64,000 bases of DNA from assembly GCA_047602425.1 (NCBI GenBank), contig JASGHG010000001.1, positions 4,000,001 through 4,064,000 of the forward strand, read 5' to 3'. This stretch comes from Nibricoccus sp. GTDB taxonomy: Bacteria; Verrucomicrobiota; Verrucomicrobiia; Opitutales; Opitutaceae. The position numbers and the translations under genes are program-made. This document shows positions 35,522-45,032 of the stretch, piece by piece. Each line of letters begins with the position of its first letter. Positions within the stretch are counted from its first letter, which is position 1. Under the pieces are notes generated by a model. The model ran no database searches, was not told the DNA's origin, and saw only the letters and a program-made list of their open reading frames with translations.

Positions 35522-35822
35522 ATCTCATAGTATGTCTCCCATGCACCAAGGCAATGCCTTAGCTTTAGTTTGGGTTGCACTGCATTTTGAGAAGAAGCCA
35601 CGACTTGTTTCCGGCAAAATTTATTCTCGGGTTTGCGGGATCGCATTCGGACAAAGATCGGCCGATTCGTTCTTAGACTTGCACCGCGTTTTCTTGAACT
35701 ACAACGTTGCGCTTTGTGCGTAACGAAAACCCATTCCCAGCCGTATCCACAAAACGGATATCCTCAGCCCTCCGGCAGGCATCGAACCTGAAAATTTTTC
35801 GCCGTTAACACCTTTCAATTTT

Positions 35823-37370
35823 ATGGAAAAGCTCGCCCTTCTCTCCGTCAGTGACAAAGCCGGCCTGGTCGAATTCGCGACCGCCCTCGTCAAACGTTTT
35901 GGCTACCGCATCCTCTCGACCGGCGGCACTGCCAAGCTCCTCGCGGAAAAAGGCCTGCCCGTCACCGAGGTGAGCCAGCACACCGGTTTCCCGGAGATGA
36001 TGGAAGGGCGCGTGAAGACGCTTCACCCGAAAATCCACGGCGGTCTCCTCTGTCGTCGCGACAAAGCCGATCATCTCGCTGCCGCCAAAGAGCACGGCAT
36101 CGCGTTGATCGATCTCGTCGTGGTGAATCTTTATCCGTTCGAGCAAACTGTCGCCAAGCCCAACGTCCATTTTGAGGAAGCCATTGAGAACATCGATATC
36201 GGCGGCCCGTCGATGCTGCGCAGCGCGGCGAAAAATCATGAGAGCGTAACCGTCGTATGCGATCCGTCCGACTACAACAACGTGCTCGCGGCCTTCGAAA
36301 AACCTGAACAACTCCCCGCGCTCCGCCGCAAGCTCGCGCTGAAAGTCTTCCAGCGCACCGGTAGCTACGACACCGCCATCGCGAAGTACCTTGAGACGCA
36401 GCAGGCCGAGCCCGATCTCGCCGCGCTCTCCGGTTTTCCCGAAACATTTGCCGCCTCCTACAAGAAAGCGCAGTCGCTCCGCTACGGCGAGAATCCGCAC
36501 CAAAAGGCCGCGCTCTACGGCACGTTCCACGATCATTTCCAACAGCTCCAGGGCAAGGAGCTCAGTTATAACAACATTCTCGATATCACCTCGGCCACGT
36601 ACCTGATCGGCGAATTCGAGAAGCCCACGCTCGCGATCCTCAAGCACACGAATCCCTGCGGCGTAGCCTCGGCCGACACGCTCGAAGCCGCTTGGGACAA
36701 AGCTTACGCGACGGATCGCCAGGCCCCGTTCGGCGGCATCATCATCGTCAACCGCACACTCGACGCCGGTCTCGCGAAAACCATTTCGGAAATCTTTACC
36801 GAAGTCATCATCGCCCCGCGTTTCAGCGACGAGGCGCTCGCGATTTTTGCGAAGAAGAAAAACTTGCGCCTGATGATTGCCAAGGCCGGACCCGGCGCCG
36901 ACTCACTGCTCGACGTCCGCTCCGTTGTCGGTGGCGTATTGGTTCAGGATCGCAACAACATTCTGGGCAAGCGCGCTGACTTCAAAGTCGTGACCAAACG
37001 TCAGCCTACGGAAGAAGAGTGGGCCTCGATGATGTTCGGCTGGCGCGTCTGCAAGCACGTCAAATCAAACGCCATCGTCTACTGCCGCGGCGAACAAACG
37101 CTTGGCGTCGGTGCCGGCCAGATGGCGCGTGTCGACAGCTCGCGTATCGCGGTGTGGAAAGCTGGCGAGGCCAAACTCGATCTCAAGGGCTCGGTCGTCG
37201 TCAGCGAAGCGCTTTTCCCGTTTGCCGATGGCCTCATTGCCGCCGCCGATGCTGGTGCGACGTCCGCGATTCAACCGGGTGGTTCCGTCCGCGACGAAGA
37301 AGTCATCAAGGCGGCCGACGAACGCGGCATGGCGATGGTCTTCACCGGCATTCGTCACTTCAAACACTGA
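35823..37370 (+). CDS. purH: Bifunctional AICAR transformylase / IMP cyclohydrolase
   Basis: [64 protein letters not shown]. Confidence 0.98.
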   Translation: MEKLALLSVSDKAGLVEFATALVKRFGYRILSTGGTAKLLAEKGLPVTEVSQHTGFPEMMEGRVKTLHPKIHGGLLCRRDKADHLAAAKEHGIALIDLVVVNLYPFEQTVAKPNVHFEEAIENIDIGGPSMLRSAAKNHESVTVVCDPSDYNNVLAAFEKPEQLPALRRKLALKVFQRTGSYDTAIAKYLETQQAEPDLAALSGFPETFAASYKKAQSLRYGENPHQKAALYGTFHDHFQQLQGKELSYNNILDITSATYLIGEFEKPTLAILKHTNPCGVASADTLEAAWDKAYATDRQAPFGGIIIVNRTLDAGLAKTISEIFTEVIIAPRFSDEALAIFAKKKNLRLMIAKAGPGADSLLDVRSVVGGVLVQDRNNILGKRADFKVVTKRQPTEEEWASMMFGWRVCKHVKSNAIVYCRGEQTLGVGAGQMARVDSSRIAVWKAGEAKLDLKGSVVVSEALFPFADGLIAAADAGATSAIQPGGSVRDEEVIKAADERGMAMVFTGIRHFKH

Positions 37371-37507
37371 GATTTTGCAAAAACTACAGCACAATTCACC
37401 TCCTCCATCCAAAAACGATACGGGTATCCCCATAGCCGCCTGACTCTTGTGAATTTCACGTTAGGGTCTTGACAGGGTCGGGGCCGGTCGGTGTTTTGGA
37501 CAGCTTT

Positions 37508-37633
37508 ATGAAAGTCGTCTCCTCCATCAAATCCGCCAAGAAGCGTCACCCTGCATGCCAGGTTGTCCGCCGTCGTGGCAAAATCTACGTGATCAACAAG
37601 GTTGAGCCCCGCTATAAAGCGCGTCAGGGCTAA
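37508..37633 (+). CDS. rpmJ: 50S ribosomal protein L36, zinc-independent (type B) form
   Basis: Manual translation [41 protein letters not shown]; below the ORF track cutoff. Confidence 0.95.
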   Translation: MKVVSSIKSAKKRHPACQVVRRRGKIYVINKVEPRYKARQG

Positions 37634-37656
37634 GCCACCAACCCATTCTATCCGCC

Positions 37657-37911
37657 GTGAAAGCCGAAGGTCATCCCACTCTCAATAACGTTTGCTTCCT
37701 CGATGTCGGTACGGGCAAGCGTTTCCTCACCACCTCCACCATGAAGTCGGCTCGTAAAGAGCAGATCGATGGCAAGGAGTACTTTGTTGTCATCCGCGAC
37801 GTCACGATGGACTCGCATCCCGCCTACACCGGCGAGAAGCGCCTCGTCGACACCGCCGGCCGCGTCGAGAAGTTCACCTCGAAGTTCAAGCGCGGTCAGA
37901 AAGCCAAGTAA
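37657..37911 (+). CDS. rpmE: 50S ribosomal protein L31, type B (zinc-independent)
   Basis: MKAEGHP...FLDVGTGKRFLTTST...DVTMDSHPAYTG...DTAGRVEKF; no CxC/CxxC. Confidence 0.95.
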   Translation: MKAEGHPTLNNVCFLDVGTGKRFLTTSTMKSARKEQIDGKEYFVVIRDVTMDSHPAYTGEKRLVDTAGRVEKFTSKFKRGQKAK

Positions 37912-37939
37912 GGCGTTCGCTGACCGACACTCACTTTGC

Positions 37940-37970
37940 AAAAGCCCTCCGGAGACGGAGGGCTTTTTTT
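37940..37970 (+). terminator. Rho-independent terminator
   Basis: AAAGCCCTCCG-GAGA-CGGAGGGC-TTTTTTT. Confidence 0.9.
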
Positions 37971-38022
37971 ATTGGCATCTGCGGAGAGGTTCGGTGCGAT
38001 TGGTTCGATCCGCGTCGAACGA

Positions 38023-39093
38023 TTAAATATGGCCGGGAGCTTCGAGCAGAATGCGTTCAAGGAAATGCTCGTACTCGTTTTTCCCCAGCCTGCGCAATCC
38101 CGGGATCACCACGACGGGATTCTCGGTCAGTCCGGTCAGGAGGCGATGTGCGCCGAGAAACGCTTCCGGTCCATTATTAGCCGGACCCGAACCAAAAACG
38201 GTGGCGGCCGAAGGATCGGGTGAGTCTGAAGCTTCCACAATGGGCGTGTCCGCGCCGTCGTACATGGCGACCTTTTGCCGCTCCTTGGTGTCGGCAAGAA
38301 TCTTTTTGATCACAGAGGGATCGGCCTTGAAACCATTGCGGGTTAAAATGGCGTCGACGGTTTGGGCCTTGGGGCGCTCACCGAGCATGCAGAGAGCTTC
38401 CAGCGCCTCGAGGGGATTCATGATCGGACGCTTCACGTACAAGGCGTACAGTCGATTGAGATCTTGAAGCTGAATTTCGAATCCGACTTGGCGGCGAAAT
38501 TCGAAATCTTTTTTTGCCGCACCGATTTTCTTTATGCGTTCCAGCGCGGTGGGCGAGGGCATGGCGCAAAGGCTGATACCCGAGGCCTGCATGAGGCTCG
38601 TATGATAAAGTTCGCGCTCGATGATGATGGATTTGCGCTTGAAATTATATTGCGCGAATTCGCGCGAACCGCTTTTCGCCAGACCTTGGGCGGGACCAAT
38701 CGTGTTTTTGAAGGCAATGGGAACCTGCACGTTGATCGCGCCATAGTTGCAGAAAAAATCATGCCCCTTTGTTTCCATCCAATCGCGGTATCGTTTTTTC
38801 TTCAGGAGCGCGTCAGCCAGATCGAATTCGGCTTTTTCGTAAGCGACGACGAGCACGTCGAGGTAGCTGACCGTGCGCTTTTCCTGCGTGGAATTCCAAA
38901 AGTTCCGCGCCGCCAATTCGTAGATTTTCGTGCGATCTCTGATCGTCTTGACGGTCACTGAGTCCAAGAGGATCGGCTCGTGATCCAAATTGAGCATCGC
39001 CGGCTCGGTAGCTTCGGCGCGGACGAATCGAAAGATGAATAACTGAAGCAATCCGAGAACAATTCCAGCGGAGAACGTTGCGCGACGTTTCAT
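38023..39093 (-). CDS. Secreted hypothetical protein
   Basis: Start taken at MKRRATFSAGIVLGLLQLFIFRFVRA (signal-like); the longer ORF overlaps the DUF1015 gene. No family recognised. Confidence 0.6.
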   Translation of the reverse strand: MKRRATFSAGIVLGLLQLFIFRFVRAEATEPAMLNLDHEPILLDSVTVKTIRDRTKIYELAARNFWNSTQEKRTVSYLDVLVVAYEKAEFDLADALLKKKRYRDWMETKGHDFFCNYGAINVQVPIAFKNTIGPAQGLAKSGSREFAQYNFKRKSIIIERELYHTSLMQASGISLCAMPSPTALERIKKIGAAKKDFEFRRQVGFEIQLQDLNRLYALYVKRPIMNPLEALEALCMLGERPKAQTVDAILTRNGFKADPSVIKKILADTKERQKVAMYDGADTPIVEASDSPDPSAATVFGSGPANNGPEAFLGAHRLLTGLTENPVVVIPGLRRLGKNEYEHFLERILLEAPGHI

Positions 39094-39219
39094 ATCGGAG
39101 ATCAAAGGGGTGGAGCCCGAATCGTTCCTGCAAATTGAGGGTTGGTCAACGGGAGAGTCGCAGCCAATCGCAGCAGGTGGCTTGACGCGAAGGAAGGTCG
39201 CCGCCTCCATTTCCTCTTT

Positions 39220-40434
39220 ATGCGTATACGTGCTTTTCAAGGTCTCGTTCCTCAACCTGCCGCCGCGGCTGAAGTCGCCTGCGTGCCTTACGACGTGGTC
39301 AACACCGTCGAGGTCGCCGCACTCGCCGCGGGAAAACCGCGCAGCCTCCTCCATGTCGACCGCGCCGAGATCGATCTCCCCGCGAAAACCGATCCGTACA
39401 GCGATATCGTCTATCAAACCGCCAACGCCAATTTCAAGAAACTCCAGTCCGACGGCGTGCTCTTCCGCGAAGCCGGTCCGAGTCTCTATGTTTATCAACA
39501 GCAGATGGGCCAGCACGTGCAGCGCGGTCTTGTCGCCGTCTGCAACGTAGAGGACTACGATGCCGAACTAATCAAGAAGCACGAAAAAACCCGCAAAGAC
39601 AAAGAAGACGACCGCACGCGTCTCATCGACACGCTCGGCGCGAACACAGGCCCGGTTTTCCTAACCTATCGCGACGAAGCGGCTGTCACTGCGCTCGTGA
39701 ATGCGAAGACGCAGGAAAAGCCGCTGCACGATTTCACCGCGCCCGATGGAATCAAGCATACCGTCTGGCGCGTTGCCGGCGGCGAAGAGTGGATCAAAGC
39801 TTTCGGTAAAGTGCCCGTGACCTACATCGCCGACGGTCATCACCGTGCGGCCAGCGCAGCCCGTGTTGCCCGTCTCCGTCGCGAGCGCAACCCGAAACAC
39901 ACCGGCCAGGAAGATTACAATTGGTTCCTGTGTGTGCTCTTTCCCGCCAGCGAACTCAAAATCCTTCCGTACAACCGCATCGTTTTTGACCTCAACGGTC
40001 ACACGCCCTCTGCCTTTCTCGCTAAAGTGAAGGAGAAATTCGGCCTGACCGAAAACGCCGCCCCTTCGCCCACGGCGATCGGCGACGTGAGCATGTACCT
40101 CGGCGGAAAATGGTATGGCCTGAAATGCCGTGCCGCTGCCAACGCCGATCCGGTCAGCAAACTCGACGTAAGCGTGCTGCAGGACCAACTCCTAGCGCCG
40201 CTGCTCGGCATCGATGATCCGCGCACCAGCAAGCGGATCGATTTTGTCGGCGGCATTCGCGGCACGGGCGAATTAACCAAACGTGTCGACGCCGACGGCG
40301 GCGTGGCGTTCTCCATGTATCCAACGACCGTCGCGCAACTCATGGAAATCGCGGACGCCGGCCAGATCATGCCGCCGAAGAGCACCTGGTTTGAGCCGAA
40401 GTTGCGGTCCGGGTTTTTCATTCACACTTTCTGA
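39220..40434 (+). CDS. DUF1015 family protein
   Basis: MRIRAFQG, PYDVV, IKKHEKT, YIADGHHRAA, ILPYNR, MPPKSTWFEPKLRSG. Confidence 0.93.
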   Translation: MRIRAFQGLVPQPAAAAEVACVPYDVVNTVEVAALAAGKPRSLLHVDRAEIDLPAKTDPYSDIVYQTANANFKKLQSDGVLFREAGPSLYVYQQQMGQHVQRGLVAVCNVEDYDAELIKKHEKTRKDKEDDRTRLIDTLGANTGPVFLTYRDEAAVTALVNAKTQEKPLHDFTAPDGIKHTVWRVAGGEEWIKAFGKVPVTYIADGHHRAASAARVARLRRERNPKHTGQEDYNWFLCVLFPASELKILPYNRIVFDLNGHTPSAFLAKVKEKFGLTENAAPSPTAIGDVSMYLGGKWYGLKCRAAANADPVSKLDVSVLQDQLLAPLLGIDDPRTSKRIDFVGGIRGTGELTKRVDADGGVAFSMYPTTVAQLMEIADAGQIMPPKSTWFEPKLRSGFFIHTF

Positions 40435-40460
40435 ACCGGTGTGAGTTGGTTGTAGTTTCG

Positions 40461-40490
40461 GACCCGGGCTTTCAAAGGCCCGGGTTTTTT
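40461..40490 (+). terminator. Rho-independent terminator
   Basis: GACCCGGGCTTT-CA-AAGGCCCGGG-TTTTTT. Confidence 0.75.
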
Positions 40491-40537
40491 GCTGAGGATG
40501 GCTTGCGATGTGCCGTGGTTAGCCTTCGCTGGTGGAT

Positions 40538-41983
40538 ATGGATGCAACCAGGTTTCCACTTCCTTTGCCAAGCTACGGCGACGCTGCTCAGACCGGTTTG
40601 CTGGACCTGCTCGTCAATCGCATCAAAACCGAGCCGCTCAATCTCGTGGCCACGGGAATTTTTCTCGGGGCGATTGTGCACACATTTCTGACCGCGAAGT
40701 TTCGTCACTGGGCGCACGAGGTGGAGGAGAAACATTGCGCGCGCCTGAAACAGCAGGGAAAGACGATTGACAACAACATTGATGGCCGGCCCGACGAAGT
40801 GAGCTTCAAGGGGCAGGTGTTGCATTTTCTGGGCGAGGTCGAGGCCGTCTTTGGCATTTGGGCCGCCATTCTTCTCGTCGTGATCGCGGTATTAAAAGGC
40901 TGGGGGACGATGCTCGACTACATCGGGCATCAGGTGAATTTCACCGAGCCAATGTTTGTCGTTGTAATCATGGCCCTGGCCTCGACGCGCCCGGTGCTGC
41001 AATTCGCCGAACGTTGTCTGAGTGCCGTGGCGGGGATCGGGCATGGGTCGGTCGGCGCTTGGTGGCTCACGCTGCTGATTTTAGCTCCGTTGCTCGGTTC
41101 GTTTATCACGGAGCCGGCGGCGATGACGATTGCCGCGTTGTTGCTCGCGCGGATGTTTTACGCGCTCAAACCGTCGCCACGTCTCGCGTATGCGACGCTC
41201 GGGCTGCTCTTCGTGAATGTCTCTGTGGGCGGAACTTTGACGCACTTTGCTGCGCCTCCGGTCCTGATGGTGGCGGCGACGTGGAACTGGAATACACTTT
41301 TCATGCTGACACATTTTGGCTGGCGCGCCGTGCTGGGCATCATTGTCGCGACTTTGCTGGTTTATATTTTTGTTCGACGAGAACTCGTTGAATTGGAAAC
41401 ACGCCGCGTGAATGCGAAAGAGGTTGAAAAGACTTCCGTTCAAGGACGGCGTGCCGCTCCTGCCTGGGTGACTGCTGTTCAATTGGGTTTCATGGTTTGG
41501 ACTGTGGTCGTCGCGCACTACCCGGCGCTGTTTGTCGGTGGGTTCTTGTTTTACCTGGCTTTCGCCCAAGCTACCGCACACCACCAGGACGCCCTGGACT
41601 TGAGGCCTTCGTTGCTGGTCGGTTTTTTTCTGGCAGGACTGGTTGTGCACGGCGGCCTGCAGGGCTGGTGGATCGAGCCGGTGCTCTCTCGATTGGGCGA
41701 CACACCGCTGTTTCTGGGTGCCACCGGCTTGACGGCTTTCAACGACAATGCGGCGATTACTTATCTCTCGACGCTGGTTCCGGATTTTTCCGATTCGGCA
41801 AAATATGCCGTGGTGGCAGGCGCGGTAACCGGAGGCGGCCTGACAGTGATTGCCAATGCGCCAAATCCCGCCGGCCAGTCGATTTTGCAACGTTACTTTC
41901 CTGATGGAGTTTCGCCGTTGGGCTTGTTTCTCGGTGCGTCAATTCCCACAACCGTTTTGGCGCTGGTATTTCTATTTGTCTGA
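40538..41983 (+). CDS. Putative Na+/H+ antiporter (DUF1504-type, IT superfamily)
   Basis: HFLGEVEAVFGIW, FTEPMFV, GSFITEPAAMT, NVSVGGTLTHFAAPPVLMVA, DNAAITYL, GGGLTVIANAPNPAG. Confidence 0.85.
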   Translation: MDATRFPLPLPSYGDAAQTGLLDLLVNRIKTEPLNLVATGIFLGAIVHTFLTAKFRHWAHEVEEKHCARLKQQGKTIDNNIDGRPDEVSFKGQVLHFLGEVEAVFGIWAAILLVVIAVLKGWGTMLDYIGHQVNFTEPMFVVVIMALASTRPVLQFAERCLSAVAGIGHGSVGAWWLTLLILAPLLGSFITEPAAMTIAALLLARMFYALKPSPRLAYATLGLLFVNVSVGGTLTHFAAPPVLMVAATWNWNTLFMLTHFGWRAVLGIIVATLLVYIFVRRELVELETRRVNAKEVEKTSVQGRRAAPAWVTAVQLGFMVWTVVVAHYPALFVGGFLFYLAFAQATAHHQDALDLRPSLLVGFFLAGLVVHGGLQGWWIEPVLSRLGDTPLFLGATGLTAFNDNAAITYLSTLVPDFSDSAKYAVVAGAVTGGGLTVIANAPNPAGQSILQRYFPDGVSPLGLFLGASIPTTVLALVFLFV

Positions 41984-42075
41984 AGGCGGCGTGCGCCGTG
42001 CTTGGGATTGATCTTCGGACGGTTCGGTGCATGGTTTGCGGCTCCGGCGCAGTCACAACCCTGAATCACATCGCT

Positions 42076-43185
42076 ATGAAGTCGCGTAAACCTGTTGCTA
42101 ATCGTGTTCGTTCCGGAGCCCATGCTGGCTGTCCGTTTTGCACCATCATCCCCGCCCACATGATTCGCGGAATCACCGAAAACGGTGACCAGAAACAACG
42201 CTCGCGTGCGCTTAGCACGCTGCTTGGCTCCCATCGACTGCGCGGCCAGCGCGAAATGCTCGGGGCAATGGGCGCTGTCTCTATGATGACGCCCGCCGGG
42301 GAAAAGCGACGAACCATCTACGATGCCCAACAGAACAACAACCTGCCCGGCCTTCTTGTGCGGAGCGAGGGCGGCGCGAAGCTGAAGGACACGATGGTGA
42401 ACGAAGCTTACGACTACTCGGGCGTGGTGTACGACTTCTTTAAAAAGGTTTACGGCCGCAACTCAATTGATGATCAGGGTATGCGCCTCGATTCCACCGT
42501 GCATTTCCGTGAAGACCCGACCGAACCATTCGACAACGCCTGCTGGAACGGCTCACAGATGGTCTATGGCGACGGCGATGGAAAAATGTTCAACCGGTTC
42601 ACCAAGTGCATCGATATCGTGGGTCATGAACTCACCCACGGCATCACCCAGTACGAAGCGGGTTTGATCTACCGAAACCAGTCGGGTGCACTAAACGAAT
42701 CATTCTCCGATGTTTTCGGCTCTCTCGTGAAACAATGGAAAGGCAAGCAGACAGCCGCGAAGGCCGACTGGTTGATTGGAAAAGGTATGCTCGGAAAAGG
42801 CATCAACGGTGTCGCCCTGCGTTCGCTCAAGGAACCTGGCACGGCCTACGACGATCCGCTTTTCGGCGGCCAGGATCCGCAGCCGGGTCACATGGACGAC
42901 TATGTGAAACTTGCCGCCACGAAGGCGGGCGACAACGGCGGTGTCCATATCAATTCTGGCATCCCCAATCGCGCGTTCTACCTGCTCGCGGCTGAGCTTG
43001 GCGGTTACGCTTGGGAGCGGGCTGGGCGCATCTGGTACGATGCGCTTTGCAACCGCATTCGTTACAACTCGACCTTCAAAACCGCGGCCAAGGCGACGAT
43101 CGCATCAGCGACCTCCCTCTATGGCGCCACGAGCAACGAAACCAAAGCGGTTAAAGCCGCATGGCAGGAAGTGGGAGTCCTTTGA
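42076..43185 (+). CDS. Protealysin-like M4 metallopeptidase
   Basis: Short propeptide (CTIIPAHM), RNSIDDQG, NACWNGSQMVYGDG, HELTH, GALNESFSD, DNGGVHINSGIPN; no signal peptide. Confidence 0.93.
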   Translation: MKSRKPVANRVRSGAHAGCPFCTIIPAHMIRGITENGDQKQRSRALSTLLGSHRLRGQREMLGAMGAVSMMTPAGEKRRTIYDAQQNNNLPGLLVRSEGGAKLKDTMVNEAYDYSGVVYDFFKKVYGRNSIDDQGMRLDSTVHFREDPTEPFDNACWNGSQMVYGDGDGKMFNRFTKCIDIVGHELTHGITQYEAGLIYRNQSGALNESFSDVFGSLVKQWKGKQTAAKADWLIGKGMLGKGINGVALRSLKEPGTAYDDPLFGGQDPQPGHMDDYVKLAATKAGDNGGVHINSGIPNRAFYLLAAELGGYAWERAGRIWYDALCNRIRYNSTFKTAAKATIASATSLYGATSNETKAVKAAWQEVGVL

Positions 43186-43186
43186 T

Positions 43187-43504
43187 ATGCCCAAAGCAAA
43201 AACAACCATTTTGACGCTGGCGCGCTCGGGCGGTGTGGCGGGCATCCGTCCACCACCCAAAATGCTCGACACGGCAAGTCTGACCGCGGAGATGACGCGG
43301 CGCCTCGAAGAATTGCTGACTGCCGCGGACTTTTTTTCCTTGCCGGGCGAACTGCCCTCCAAGGCGAAAGGCGCCGACGGATTCCAACACACGCTGACTG
43401 TGCAGCACGCCAGCGGACGCAAGCACACCGTGACATTCGCGGAGGCCGATGCCAGCGAACCGTTGCGTGAGCTGAAACGCTTGGTTCGCGACCAGGCGGG
43501 CTGA
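43187..43504 (+). CDS. Emfourin (protealysin inhibitor)
   Basis: RSGGVAG, DFFSLP, ADGFQHTLTV; starts 1 nt after the peptidase stop codon. Confidence 0.88.
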   Translation: MPKAKTTILTLARSGGVAGIRPPPKMLDTASLTAEMTRRLEELLTAADFFSLPGELPSKAKGADGFQHTLTVQHASGRKHTVTFAEADASEPLRELKRLVRDQAG

Positions 43505-43540
43505 ACGGCGCGATTACTGGGTGAAATTCCATCTAGGCGG

Positions 43541-44980
43541 TTGAAAAAACCGCCGGGACGATGGCAGACTGTCGACGACGTGTTTTCAAAACTGCGCATT
43601 TTTATTTCTTGGGCGTTTCTGAAGGTTATGTTTGGAGCCTTCATCCTGACGACCTCGTGCGCGCTTTATGCCTTATGGTTGCATCGGCAGGACAATCTGG
43701 ATTTTCCCGAAGCACACACCCGGCATCTCGCGGGCCTGCGCGGGCAACTCGCACTGACGCAGACGGCGCGTAATGCCGCCGCTGCAGAACTGGGTATGGT
43801 ACAGGAAGAGATTGCCTCGCATCGCGCGCGCGCCAGTCAGGCCGTGCGCATCGCGGCCAATCTGGGGGAGCTCCAGACGACGTGGAAACGTTTCATCAGC
43901 GCGCGGGAGCAGTGGCGCATCAACCAAGACAGTATCGATAAACTAAACCAGATTGAGCGCGACGAACTAAAAGCCATCAACAAACTGAGCCGTCCACTGG
44001 CGCAAGGTACCACGCGCTTGGAGAAAGCGGAGCGGGCGCAACGACGCCTCGAAAAGCAGCTGCAAATCGAAAAGGAATTCGATTCGCCGATTGTGCACTA
44101 TTTTTACTCGTCGTGGCTGGCAGGCTGGTGGGTCTTTGTCGGTTTGACCGGGTTGTATTTTATTGGACCCACTTTGCGGAAACTGAGTCTGTTTTACTTT
44201 TTCGCTCCGCGCATCGCCCGCAAGCGGCCTTTGTTGCTCAACCGCCGGCCGGGTTTTTCTCCGTCATTAGGAGAAAGCCGGAACGTCGTCGAGACATCGC
44301 TCTGGCCTGGCGAAAGCGCGCGTGTGAGATTTCGTTATTTGCAGTCGGTTGACGACGGACTGGTCCGCGAATCGAAAATGATGATGAGCTGGCGATTTCC
44401 CATCACTAGTTTGCTCAGCGGTTTTGTCCATGATGTGAATTTCAGAAATGCTCGGGCAGGCCGGGATTACCGTCTTGCTTTTGCGCATCATAAGAATCCA
44501 GAGCATCAGATGGCGGTGGTACACGTGCCGGAAGGAAGTTCGCTCGTGGTTCGGCCGAGTTTTCTGGCGGCGGTGGTTTTGCCGCCGGGGCAGAAATTGC
44601 AGGTCCGTTGGCGCTGGCAATTGTTTCGCTGGCAGGCTTGGTTGACCGGGCAATTGTGTTTCATGGAATTTGTCGGTCCATGCCGTCTAGTCGTGGCCGG
44701 CCGGCCTGCACTGCGGGCGGAACGGCTGATGACGCAGGAACATGGCGCGACGCCCAACTGTCGGGCCTCGGTGGATAAAATCATCGGATTCACGCCGGGC
44801 CTTGAGTACAGGCTGGTGCGTTCACCGCGTTTTTGGAATTATTACCGGTGGGACGCCCATCTCTTCGACGCGCATTTTAGCGGTGTAGGTTTCGTGCTGA
44901 TACAAAACCACCTTCCAGGAAAGACGCCCGGCCTGCTTTCTTTGACCCGCAATCGGGTGCGGAAGCTGATCGGTCTTTGA
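43541..44980 (+). CDS. Membrane protein: TM - coiled coil - TM - beta-rich (AIM24-like?) domain
   Basis: Hydrophobic segment near the N-terminus, ~140-aa helical region, second TM, then VVRPSFLAAV, WLTGQLCFMEFVGPCRLVVAG, IIGFTPGLEY. Start uncertain. Confidence 0.6.
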   Translation: MKKPPGRWQTVDDVFSKLRIFISWAFLKVMFGAFILTTSCALYALWLHRQDNLDFPEAHTRHLAGLRGQLALTQTARNAAAAELGMVQEEIASHRARASQAVRIAANLGELQTTWKRFISAREQWRINQDSIDKLNQIERDELKAINKLSRPLAQGTTRLEKAERAQRRLEKQLQIEKEFDSPIVHYFYSSWLAGWWVFVGLTGLYFIGPTLRKLSLFYFFAPRIARKRPLLLNRRPGFSPSLGESRNVVETSLWPGESARVRFRYLQSVDDGLVRESKMMMSWRFPITSLLSGFVHDVNFRNARAGRDYRLAFAHHKNPEHQMAVVHVPEGSSLVVRPSFLAAVVLPPGQKLQVRWRWQLFRWQAWLTGQLCFMEFVGPCRLVVAGRPALRAERLMTQEHGATPNCRASVDKIIGFTPGLEYRLVRSPRFWNYYRWDAHLFDAHFSGVGFVLIQNHLPGKTPGLLSLTRNRVRKLIGL

Positions 44981-45032
44981 CGGAAACGAAAAGTTTGCTG
45001 GACGGAGTTTCGTTTCGCGATTGGTCGAATCT

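Noticed and set aside
35530..35822. Possible ZMP/ZTP riboswitch upstream of purH
   Set aside because: The conserved GACTGGCG...GGGAGC and CGCCTGGGC elements were not found.
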